Assembly: GCA_964555185.1 (NCBI GenBank)
Contig: CAZKRD010000005.1
Span: forward strand, 1-54,576
DNA from: an uncultured Candidatus Saccharibacteria bacterium
GTDB lineage: Bacteria; Patescibacteriota; JAQUNI01
DNA length: 54,576 nt
Direction of reading: 5' to 3'
Shown here: piece after piece, positions 26,406-34,605 of the stretch
Layout: each line of letters opens with the position of its first letter
Numbering within the stretch: the first letter of the stretch is position 1
Position numbers and translations under genes: made by a program
The notes under the pieces: model-generated
The model's database searches: none
Seen by the model: the letters and a program-made list of their open reading frames with translations, nothing else
Told to the model about the DNA's origin: nothing

Positions 26406-26894
26406 ATGAATTCAAAAAAGTTTTTAAAAAAATATCGCGCAAAAAGAGATTTTAAGAAGACCAAAGAGCCGAAAGGGGGAACAAGAGAGGTTTCGGGAGA
26501 GCCGATTTTTGTGATCCAGAAACATAATGCGCGCAATCTCCATTATGACTTTCGGATTGAGATTGAGGGAGTTTTGAAGTCTTGGGCTGTGCCTAAAGGG
26601 CCGTCTCAAGATTCTGCTGACAAGAGATTAGCCGTGCCAACCGAAGACCACCCTTTAGAATACGCGAAATTTGAGGGTAGAATTCCAGAGGGTGAATACG
26701 GTGCAGGTACAGTGGAGATTTGGGATCAAGGTACTTTCCAGAATCTACGGGATGTTGATTTGAAAGAGAGTTTAAAAGAAGGTCAGATTGAAATCACTCT
26801 TTTTGGTACTAGATTAAAAGGCGCCTATGTTCTACGCCGCTTTCGGGGAAAACCAAAACCGCTTTGGCTTTTAATTAAAATGAAAAAGAAATAA
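26406..26894 (+). CDS. Stand-alone LigD-type 3'-phosphoesterase domain protein
   Basis: FVIQKHNARNLHYDFRIE...LKSWAVPKGPS...DHPLEYAKFEGRIPEGEYGAGTVEIWDQGTF. Confidence 0.85.
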   Translation: MNSKKFLKKYRAKRDFKKTKEPKGGTREVSGEPIFVIQKHNARNLHYDFRIEIEGVLKSWAVPKGPSQDSADKRLAVPTEDHPLEYAKFEGRIPEGEYGAGTVEIWDQGTFQNLRDVDLKESLKEGQIEITLFGTRLKGAYVLRRFRGKPKPLWLLIKMKKK

Positions 26895-26905
26895 TATTAT
26901 TTTTT

Positions 26906-27123
26906 ATGGAAGATAATGTTAAAAAAATCTTTGATTTTTTGCATCAAATTGAGAAACTAAAATCTACTTTTAGATACCTTAAAACAGCACTTATGATAAG
27001 CCGGAATTTATCGCTGATTATGCAGATCAGGCAGTAGGGAACTTTCCTGAACTGATTCCTCTGTTGAAAATGGTTAAGCAGCAATTGAAGAGAGAATTTG
27101 AGAGAGGCGGTATTCCTTGGTAG
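26906..27123 (+). pseudogene. Remnant of an HD_3-type HD-domain hydrolase gene
   Basis: Frame a (26906-27037) gives MEDNVKKIFDFLHQIEKLKSTFRY, an N-terminal signature, followed by a premature stop. Frame b (26983-27123) gives ...PEFIADYADQAVGNFPELIPLLKMVKQQLKREFERGGIPW, which is C-terminal-like. The HD core is missing. Confidence 0.4.
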
Positions 27124-27254
27124 AACATATACAATTTAAGTAGGGGCTTGATATTCTGGACCCTGCTTGTTTTTTTTCGAAATATTTGCTAAATTAGACT
27201 GTTAGATATAAAAGTGATCCATAAGGCTCTTTACTAATTAGAAGGAGGTGCGCG

Positions 27255-29570
27255 GTGGAAAAGTTTCCGGATAATGACCTGAATCAGAATAGTTTTTTGC
27301 CAGGAGCGATTCTGTTGCTCCGGGTAAAGAATGTGTACGGCAAGTTAACCTGGGAGAAGTTTCGGGTAAAAGGAGAAAAATTAGGCTCTGGCTTCGCGGC
27401 TCGGGTTTATCATCTGGTTCACCTTGAGTCAGGTGAACATCTTGCGGTTAAGATTTTGAAGCCTGGGTTTTTGAAATTCGTGATTGCTCTTTTAGCCCGT
27501 TTCCTTGCTACTTTTGACATTGCTTGGTCAGAGGTGGAAGTAAGGCTGGGGATTCTGGCGCGGGAGTTTTTGGCTTACGCGACCAAGAGAAAGTTTGGCC
27601 GGGAGCGGATTGTGCCTACCTGGCGAAAAAGTTACACCTGGATTAATGGGTCTTTTGCTCTCCTGCTTAAGTTTCATGATTCGCGAAAAGCGCGCTTGGG
27701 CACACTTTCTGAGGCTGGTGATCGCGAGGTAGTAGGGCGGTCTAACTTCGCAAGAGAGTTAATCACTTTCTTAAAAAAGATTGGTGCGGGGGCCTATACT
27801 TGGCAGTTTAATCACACCAGGTTTGAACCTTGGGGTAAGTGGTATATTGTTCTGACCATTGTCGGCGCAATTATTGTCCTGGGTGCTTCTATGCTTTTTG
27901 ATCTGCCTTATGATCCCAAAGTCAATGTGATGAGCTGGCTTGTCTTGTGTTTGACTTTTGCCGGCGCTTCATGGATGTCTGCGGATAACTTGCGCTTTAA
28001 TAAAAGGACGCGCGAATTTGATGCTTTGGATGCTGAATTTGGTATGCCCCATATCGCCCTCATTATCCCGACAGCTGGCATTGTAGGAGGGATATTATAT
28101 ATATTCCATGCCTACCTCGGGATGTCTTGGTCCTGGGTCATCTTTTTGGCTTTATGCGCATCACCGGGCTATTTTTTCCTTTGCGAGATCCCGAGATTGA
28201 TTGCGAATATCCGGGCGGGTTATCCAGTCTCTTTCGGGCATATTGACATTTGTGAGTTTGAGGATATTTATGGTGATGATCCTGAAGTGCAGGATGATAT
28301 TGCCCTATATAAAGAGTTGTGGCTGCAGTTTGAATCGGGGCGGTTGAATTTCTTAAACTGGGGTTTTATTCGGCTGATGTGGCTTTTCGGCGCGAATAAA
28401 TATGCGCCTCTGCCTTTCTCTTTTAAAGAAATGCGATTGCGGATGATCGAGCGCTGGGCATTGAAAGGGATTATTTCTCCGCTTTATGCTTTGCGGATGA
28501 GAAATTATCTAATCCATTACTGGATTTTTTTCATCTTTAGCATAGTTGGAATATTGCCTTGGCGCTTTATTTTCCGAATCCAATATTGCAGACAAAGGAT
28601 GGTAAGATGGAAGGCGAGGCGGCAGGAAAAGATGTTAGAACACAAACAAATTTCCTATCACACTGCCTTAAGAATCGCAAGCGGTAAGGTTGTCATCAGG
28701 CCATTGCAATTGATGATTAGCTTGTTTCTCTGGCGCAGTCTGCATCGCTTTGTTTTTGATCGTCATTATCGCCGGCTCTTGATTAGAAACTGTACTAAGG
28801 TTTTTTACAGCAGAACCTTCATTCGTCGGTTAGCAGTTAAGAGATTCCGTCGATACATTGACGAACAAAGAAACAAAGGCCGGATTTCCCAAAGGAATTT
28901 CGAACGGGTCCTCGTTTTGCAAAGCGAGGAGCAAGTTCACTCGTGGTTGGTTATCTATTATGCTCTAATGGCGCCAAAACCAATCACTTTGGGCTTTAAG
29001 ATTCTGGTCGCCGCGGGCTTTGTGGGTACGCGCGCGGTTGCCGAAGCAATGCCTGGCTTGCCAATGTTTCTGAAAGGGGCTATTGAACGGGACTTAGCTC
29101 CGCATCTGCCTGGCTTTGTTGTTGGCTTTTTGCTGGGCATGGGCTTGACCGCGATCTATGAAGTGGTTGCGACTCTGGTTTTGGGATTTGCCTTTTGGCC
29201 GAGGATTATTCCTCGGACAAGAATAGAGAAGACCAAGATTCTGCAGATTCCCATTTTCAGAATTATCATCGCGGTATTCAATATTCTCCTTTATCCGCCG
29301 CTTGCGATTATAAACGGTGTACCTATCTTTGGTTCGTTCACTGCGATTCCTGGGGTAGTATCACTTTCTAAACACCGTTTTAATTTCTGGATTTTAATTT
29401 TGGTCAGATTGCGATCCTTAGTCGTCCGATTCCTTGAATCAGTGAGCTTGGGGATGTGGGAAGAGGGTGGCTTGGGAGATTTCTACTTTGAGAAGTTTAC
29501 GATTGGCTCCCTGGCCTTTTTGCCGCGCAAGCTCATTGTTCTCAAACGGAGAAGGGCCCTGGCTGCTTAA
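27255..29570 (+). CDS. Polytopic membrane protein with a kinase-N-lobe-like N-terminus
   Basis: SD AAGGAGG lies 6 nt before GTG 27255. GEKLGSGFAARVYHLVHLESGEHLAVKILKP looks like a Gly-loop plus VAIK Lys. I found no HRD/DFG. At least 8 hydrophobic segments and Arg-rich loops follow. Confidence 0.6.
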   Translation: MEKFPDNDLNQNSFLPGAILLLRVKNVYGKLTWEKFRVKGEKLGSGFAARVYHLVHLESGEHLAVKILKPGFLKFVIALLARFLATFDIAWSEVEVRLGILAREFLAYATKRKFGRERIVPTWRKSYTWINGSFALLLKFHDSRKARLGTLSEAGDREVVGRSNFARELITFLKKIGAGAYTWQFNHTRFEPWGKWYIVLTIVGAIIVLGASMLFDLPYDPKVNVMSWLVLCLTFAGASWMSADNLRFNKRTREFDALDAEFGMPHIALIIPTAGIVGGILYIFHAYLGMSWSWVIFLALCASPGYFFLCEIPRLIANIRAGYPVSFGHIDICEFEDIYGDDPEVQDDIALYKELWLQFESGRLNFLNWGFIRLMWLFGANKYAPLPFSFKEMRLRMIERWALKGIISPLYALRMRNYLIHYWIFFIFSIVGILPWRFIFRIQYCRQRMVRWKARRQEKMLEHKQISYHTALRIASGKVVIRPLQLMISLFLWRSLHRFVFDRHYRRLLIRNCTKVFYSRTFIRRLAVKRFRRYIDEQRNKGRISQRNFERVLVLQSEEQVHSWLVIYYALMAPKPITLGFKILVAAGFVGTRAVAEAMPGLPMFLKGAIERDLAPHLPGFVVGFLLGMGLTAIYEVVATLVLGFAFWPRIIPRTRIEKTKILQIPIFRIIIAVFNILLYPPLAIINGVPIFGSFTAIPGVVSLSKHRFNFWILILVRLRSLVVRFLESVSLGMWEEGGLGDFYFEKFTIGSLAFLPRKLIVLKRRRALAA

Positions 29571-29668
29571 AAAACAGTACAGGGTTTTTATTTTTGGATC
29601 AGATCTAAACTAGATTTGATAAATTAGATATATACTATTATAATAATCCTAGAGGGAGGTTTTAATTC

Positions 29669-30199
29669 ATGCCAATTTTTAAAAATAAACATTTAGGCGG
29701 CTTTACCTTGATAGAGATTTTGGTTGTGATCGCGATTATTGGTATTTTGGCAGGAGCAGTTATGGTTTCGATTGTCGGAGCAAGAAGGAAAGCCAAGATC
29801 GCGGCGGCGAAAGCCCAAGTCCGGGAGATCTATAACGCGATTGCTTTACTTGAAAATGACACCGAGTGCTGGCCGAAAAAGCCGGAAGAGGCAGAGTGCA
29901 AAGAGGTGGCTTTGGTGGAAGCCGGTGATCCGGATAATGAGGTTTGGGATTTAAACAGCGCGGAAGCTGGTCTTACTGGTGATCTGGATAATGCTTTTTT
30001 TAATTGGGATGGTCCTTATCTAGATGAAGTGCCGTCAGACCCTTGGGGTAATCCTTATTTTTTCGATACAGATTACAATCTTGATGCTGGCATAGGAGGG
30101 ACAAGATGGGCGGTGGTTATCGGTTCCTTTGGTCCGAATGGCGAGGGACCGAATGTTTATGATGACGATGATGTGATTTATGTCATCGCGTCGGAATGA
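29669..30199 (+). CDS. Type II secretion / type IV pilus pseudopilin, GspG-like
   Basis: Prepilin signal GGFTLIEILVVIAIIGILAGAV and DPWGNPYFF (the GspG signature). Confidence 0.85.
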   Translation: MPIFKNKHLGGFTLIEILVVIAIIGILAGAVMVSIVGARRKAKIAAAKAQVREIYNAIALLENDTECWPKKPEEAECKEVALVEAGDPDNEVWDLNSAEAGLTGDLDNAFFNWDGPYLDEVPSDPWGNPYFFDTDYNLDAGIGGTRWAVVIGSFGPNGEGPNVYDDDDVIYVIASE

Positions 30200-30253
30200 A
30201 TTTTTTGTTTTGGGAGATTTTTGGTATAATAAACTATACTCTTATTCTGTTTT

Positions 30254-30520
30254 ATGAAAAAAATTCTATTATTTTTTCTGACTTTGATGTTCGTTCCCGG
30301 CTTTTCCGGCTGCCAGAGGCGGATTGTGCCTTTGGAAGAAATTCCGAATACCGGGCCGGCTACTGTTCAAAAAGAAGACCTGCCTGAAGAGACCAAGAGA
30401 GAAGAAGAAATTGACGGTTTAATTTTAGAAGCCGAGGGAGCGGAAGATGAATTTAATCGAGAATTAAAAGGATTTGATTATTTGGATAGTTTAGAAGATA
30501 ATTTAGAATTACAATTGTGA
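30254..30520 (+). CDS. Small acidic lipoprotein
   Basis: MKKILLFFLTLMFVPGFSGC lipobox. Confidence 0.55.
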   Translation: MKKILLFFLTLMFVPGFSGCQRRIVPLEEIPNTGPATVQKEDLPEETKREEEIDGLILEAEGAEDEFNRELKGFDYLDSLEDNLELQL

Positions 30521-31278
30521 AAAAAATAGCCCTCACAATCATTCTGTTTTTTGTGCCGGCGGTGATTTTAGCTCAAAACACAACTCCGGGGACAAGTTCT
30601 GGACTTACCATCGAAGAGGCCCTGCGGCAGTACAAAAGAGCGGCAAGCTTGCCAAAAAAGATGGAGGGACTGATCACTTTAGGCCAGAAGATGATTGGGA
30701 AGAGAGTGGCTGATCTGGAGAAGGTTCAAACAAGGCTTCAGGCAGTAGAAAGAATTTCAGAAGAGACAAAAACAGAGCTTTTAAACCGTGTGGCCCAAAA
30801 CACAATAGACCTTCAGGCGCTTGAAATTGAGATTGAAGACACAGAGGATTTAGAAGCAATGAAAGAAAAGGTGCGCTCAATTGTGTTTGACTATCATATT
30901 TATCTTGTTTTTATTCCCCAAATCAGGGGGTTGGCGGTCGTGGATCGCCTGAAATATTTCGCGGAAAAAATTGCGGAGGTTAAGGATAAAATAGAAGAAG
31001 AACTTGCCGCTTTAGAGGAAAAGGGAGAGGATCTTAGCGCGATTTGGGATTTAGCAGAGTCAGCCGAAGAACAACTAGCAGAGGGCTTGGAATTTACTCA
31101 AAGAGCTGAAGATAAGTTTAGTAGCATGAAGGTAGGCGATATTGAAGCTGCCCAGGACTTGAAGGCCGGGGCGCGGAAAGATTTGGCTTCTGGCCGATCG
31201 TCTCTGCGCAAAGCGCTCCAGAGTCTGCGGCAGGCCTGGCAGGAGATAAAAAAATTAGAAACGCAAGGAGTTAAGTAA
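30517..31278 (+). CDS. Secreted coiled-coil protein
   Basis: GTG start overlapping the upstream stop. Signal peptide ...FFVPAVILAQ. Long heptad-like Glu/Lys/Leu-rich sequence. Confidence 0.6.
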   Translation: MKKIALTIILFFVPAVILAQNTTPGTSSGLTIEEALRQYKRAASLPKKMEGLITLGQKMIGKRVADLEKVQTRLQAVERISEETKTELLNRVAQNTIDLQALEIEIEDTEDLEAMKEKVRSIVFDYHIYLVFIPQIRGLAVVDRLKYFAEKIAEVKDKIEEELAALEEKGEDLSAIWDLAESAEEQLAEGLEFTQRAEDKFSSMKVGDIEAAQDLKAGARKDLASGRSSLRKALQSLRQAWQEIKKLETQGVK

Positions 31279-31313
31279 AATTATTTCATTTAAATAATTA
31301 AAAACAAAAACTT

Positions 31314-31865
31314 ATGAAAAAACTAGGATTGGTTTTGCTTGCGGGAGGGCTTTTGCTTTTGATCGGCGCGGGAAATGGTTGTAAAGATAACGGCACTATT
31401 CCTCCGATTCCCACCAAGCCCCCAGGCAACCAGCCGTCTTATCCTGATCTGGATCAGATTCCCGATGACTCCGTGGGCCAGGTCTTACAAAACTTGATTG
31501 ACAACACCGGCGTTGCTTTTGAAAGCCAAGGTTCGACGCAGTTTGCCTGGCATACTGATGATGGAGAAGAGGAAGTAGCCGGTTCGCGACTTGAAGCTAA
31601 GGAGCTGGATGATGAAGACGTGGCAGCGGTTGACACCTTCTTCAATCAGTATGATGTCTCGATGAACAATGTGTCTGATGGTACCGTGGTTGGCCTGGTT
31701 GGTTACGAGGTTAATGATGAAGTGGTCTGTGTGGTGATTAAGTCAGTGAGTGAAGCCGACTTAGAAGCATTGGAAGATGAGGAAGATCTGGATCTTATGG
31801 ATCTAGGAGACACAAGTACTGATCTGGTTGTGGAGTGCGGCGAATTGTCTTCTCTTTTGCGTTAA
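31314..31865 (+). CDS. Secreted acidic protein, possible lipoprotein
   Basis: Signal peptide ending LLLIGAGNGC (non-canonical lipobox). Asp/Glu-rich C-terminal half. Confidence 0.55.
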   Translation: MKKLGLVLLAGGLLLLIGAGNGCKDNGTIPPIPTKPPGNQPSYPDLDQIPDDSVGQVLQNLIDNTGVAFESQGSTQFAWHTDDGEEEVAGSRLEAKELDDEDVAAVDTFFNQYDVSMNNVSDGTVVGLVGYEVNDEVVCVVIKSVSEADLEALEDEEDLDLMDLGDTSTDLVVECGELSSLLR

Positions 31866-31966
31866 ATTATCTGATTTAAGTCAATGTACCAGACCATTAT
31901 TTTGTAGTTTGTATTGGTTTTGTGTTATAATAAAAATAGAATATTTTTAAAAATCAAAACAAAAAT

Positions 31967-32368
31967 ATGCATTGTGGAAAATGCGGCGCAAAATTAGCCG
32001 ATAATGTTAAATTTTGCGGCGGTTGCGGCACAAAAATGGAAGCTCCACCTCCTGCTCCACCACCACCATCTCCTCCACCTCCCAAACCACCACCAAAAGA
32101 GGTCCCGCCTCCACCTCCTATTCCCAAAAAAGCTCCTGCGCCACCTCCACCTCCTAAACCACCTCCACCACCTCCTGCCCCTGCCCCTCCATCTCCACCA
32201 GGAGCCTATGCTCCACCACCTCCCAAGAAAAAAAGCCCCTGCTGTCTGATTGCTTTAATCATTGGCTTGGTCGGAATAATCTTTTTGGTGATTGTTGGGA
32301 TTGTGCTTTGGTTTAAATTTGGCAATCTGATTCAGTCCTGGTTTAGCGGTACTGTACCCATTCAATAG
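31967..32368 (+). CDS. Zinc-ribbon / Pro-rich linker / single-TM protein
   Basis: MHCGKCGAKLADNVKFCGGCGTKM, then a linker of about 65 aa that is mostly Pro, then TM CCLIALIIGLVGIIFLVIVGIVLWF. Confidence 0.7.
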   Translation: MHCGKCGAKLADNVKFCGGCGTKMEAPPPAPPPPSPPPPKPPPKEVPPPPPIPKKAPAPPPPPKPPPPPPAPAPPSPPGAYAPPPPKKKSPCCLIALIIGLVGIIFLVIVGIVLWFKFGNLIQSWFSGTVPIQ

Positions 32369-32398
32369 CAGATATTTTTACCAAATTAATTTTTATCT

Positions 32399-33892
32399 AT
32401 GTATCGAATACAAAAAGCCTTAAGAATTCTGTCTGTGGTCTTTTTATTGATTGCGGTCGCGAGTTTTTATGTCGCTTGGAACGCGGAAGCGGCTAATGAC
32501 CGTCAGTTCACAGAGAATGATAAGATGGGCAATACCTATGACTTTACCCATCATTATGACAGCAAGCAGGTGTATTGGAATATTACGGCCTATTCAGGCC
32601 GGCCGGTAAATGATGGGACTATTTACAATTTGGCCCAAGACAATATTATTACTGGCCAGGGAGATAATAATATTGTTACTGTCTATGTCCAGACTGACGG
32701 CACTCTCCATGCCAGGATTCTGCCGGCGACCTGGGTTTTTGGCGGCTGCGCTTATAAAGACATTCCTTTGGATCGCGATATTGAATCAATCGCGGCAAAC
32801 CAGGTCCAGATTTTCTGGATGCATAAGTTTGGGGCGCGGGTGGCCTGGCTGGACAAAAACGGCAAAGCAAAATACGCGATTTTTGAACTCTGGCACTGTA
32901 AAATTGAAGAAGGGGATTTAGAAGATTACGAGGGCAATGATGCCCCGGTTTTTAACCAACAAGGAGGACAGATCTCTGGTAAATCAGTGGTTTTGGTTTT
33001 GGATTCTTCTGGATCAATGAGTGGAGATAAGATCAGCAAGGCAAAGAGTCAGATTAAAAGCCGGGTTAAGAAGCTGTCCAAAGACGATGAAGTTGCTTTA
33101 TTTATTTTCAAGGGTTGTGGCGACGTCCCATTGATCCAGGGTTTTACACAAGATCATAATTTAGTGATCCAGGGTCTTGACGAAGCTAAGGCGGATGGCG
33201 GTTCTTCGCCAGTTGCCGAATCTATCCAGGAAGGGATGGAATATTTAATTCAGAGTCGTCGGGGTACGTCTGGGGAGCTTTCTATTTACACTGATGGCGG
33301 TGAGAATTGCAGCGGCGACCCGGTCGCGGCCGCTTCCCAGGTTAAGGTTTCTACTTTCCCGATAGATTTTTTGATTGTTGGCTATAATGTTTCCGATGCA
33401 GACAAGAAGCAGCTCAAGGAGATTACCGAGGCGGCCGGCGGCGAGTTTGATAAGGAAAAGGTCTGGGAGTCACGGGTCCAGAAAGCGAAAGCCAATCAGG
33501 CCCAGAAGCAGGCCGCAACCGTTAGTTTGACCGCGCTTTTGGCTGCGATTTCTTCCTATGTTACCGGTGGAGGACTGAATCTGCCCCAGATGTACAGCAG
33601 TGTTTTTGGCGGTCAAGGATTCTTTGTCAGTATGTTCCAAGGCGGCTCGGGCAGTGCTGCCGGCGCTGCTTCTGCCGCGGCTTCGCCTGGACTTCCGCCT
33701 GTCCCGACGCCGTCAGCTCCGTTGCGAAAGACAAAGGCCCCTTCTACTCCTAAACTGACAAAGCCAAAAGCAAAGAAGCTCAAAAAACAGGAAACGGTAA
33801 GGCGAAAAGGTCCTTCTTTCTGTACCCGCTGCGGTTCTCCTTTGGCTTCCGGAAATCAATTTTGCACGCGTTGTGGGACAAAGTTGAGTTAA
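32399..33892 (+). CDS. vWA-domain membrane protein with a C-terminal zinc ribbon
   Basis: N-terminal TM. MIDAS VVLVLDSSGSMSGDKI. A later hydrophobic segment and a basic linker. C-terminal CTRCGSPLASGNQFCTRCGTKL. Confidence 0.8.
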   Translation: MYRIQKALRILSVVFLLIAVASFYVAWNAEAANDRQFTENDKMGNTYDFTHHYDSKQVYWNITAYSGRPVNDGTIYNLAQDNIITGQGDNNIVTVYVQTDGTLHARILPATWVFGGCAYKDIPLDRDIESIAANQVQIFWMHKFGARVAWLDKNGKAKYAIFELWHCKIEEGDLEDYEGNDAPVFNQQGGQISGKSVVLVLDSSGSMSGDKISKAKSQIKSRVKKLSKDDEVALFIFKGCGDVPLIQGFTQDHNLVIQGLDEAKADGGSSPVAESIQEGMEYLIQSRRGTSGELSIYTDGGENCSGDPVAAASQVKVSTFPIDFLIVGYNVSDADKKQLKEITEAAGGEFDKEKVWESRVQKAKANQAQKQAATVSLTALLAAISSYVTGGGLNLPQMYSSVFGGQGFFVSMFQGGSGSAAGAASAAASPGLPPVPTPSAPLRKTKAPSTPKLTKPKAKKLKKQETVRRKGPSFCTRCGSPLASGNQFCTRCGTKLS

Positions 33893-33993
33893 AAATTTAA
33901 AGTTAAAAATTCAAAGTTGCATTCAAAGTCCAAAGATAGGAGTTCAATTTCATCTGAATTGTAACTTTTAACTTTGCACTTTGCACTTTGTAC
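33893..33993. repeat. AT-rich CAAAG/CTTTG strand-switch repeat block
   Basis: The left half is rich in AAAGT/CAAAG units (AAAGTTAAAAATTCAAAGTTGCATTCAAAGTCCAAAG). The right half carries their complements (AACTTTTAACTTTGCACTTTGCACTTTG). Confidence 0.65.
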
Positions 33994-34000
33994 TAACTAT

Positions 34001-34570
34001 ATGGGTTTAATCTTATCCATCCTCTACTTCCTTGGTTCCTGGATTCTGCGCCTTTTTGCTCTCGGCGCTTTGTTTCTCTTTGCTTTATCCGTGTTCTACG
34101 AGATTGCTACCTACAAGAAAAAGAAAGAGATTAAGACAAAGTCTCTTTTGATTTCGATTGGCGCTTCGGTGGTGATTTTACTGATTGTCCGTTTCTTAGC
34201 TCTCCGCGGGTCTGCTGCTTTTGCTACCCGCTTTTGGTGGTTTTGGTCGATTATCGTGCCCTTGATCGGTTTGGGCCTGGGCGTTTTTTTGGGCTTCTCG
34301 CGCAAACTGGAGAAACAAGGAGACAAAGTCTATACTCAAGGCACGTTTTGGCATACCTTGATCTGGGCAGTGACCGTGATTGTCCTGCAGCTTGCTTATA
34401 TCTTGAACCTTTTCCGCATTTCCGGTCCGGTTTTCGCTTTTATGTTTGCCGGTACGGCTCTCCTCGTCGGGACGAATATAATATTGATCTTGAAAGCTAA
34501 TAAACTAAAAAAGCCGCCCGCACCGGCACCTCAAGCGCCGCCAGTCCAAGCGCCAGCACCACAAGCTTAA
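34001..34570 (+). CDS. Polytopic membrane protein with an Ala/Pro-rich tail
   Basis: ATG 34001 is preferred because the listed TTG 33974 lies inside the repeat block. There are 5-6 hydrophobic helices. Tail PPAPAPQAPPVQAPAPQA. Confidence 0.6.
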   Translation: MGLILSILYFLGSWILRLFALGALFLFALSVFYEIATYKKKKEIKTKSLLISIGASVVILLIVRFLALRGSAAFATRFWWFWSIIVPLIGLGLGVFLGFSRKLEKQGDKVYTQGTFWHTLIWAVTVIVLQLAYILNLFRISGPVFAFMFAGTALLVGTNIILILKANKLKKPPAPAPQAPPVQAPAPQA

Positions 34571-34605
34571 TTCTTTTAAGTTTTAAATCCTAATATTTTA
34601 GAATA

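Noticed and set aside
32004-32249. Listed 81-aa His/Leu-rich ORF
   Set aside because: It is an alternative frame of the CCN-rich Pro-linker region of 31967-32368, so it is a compositional artefact.
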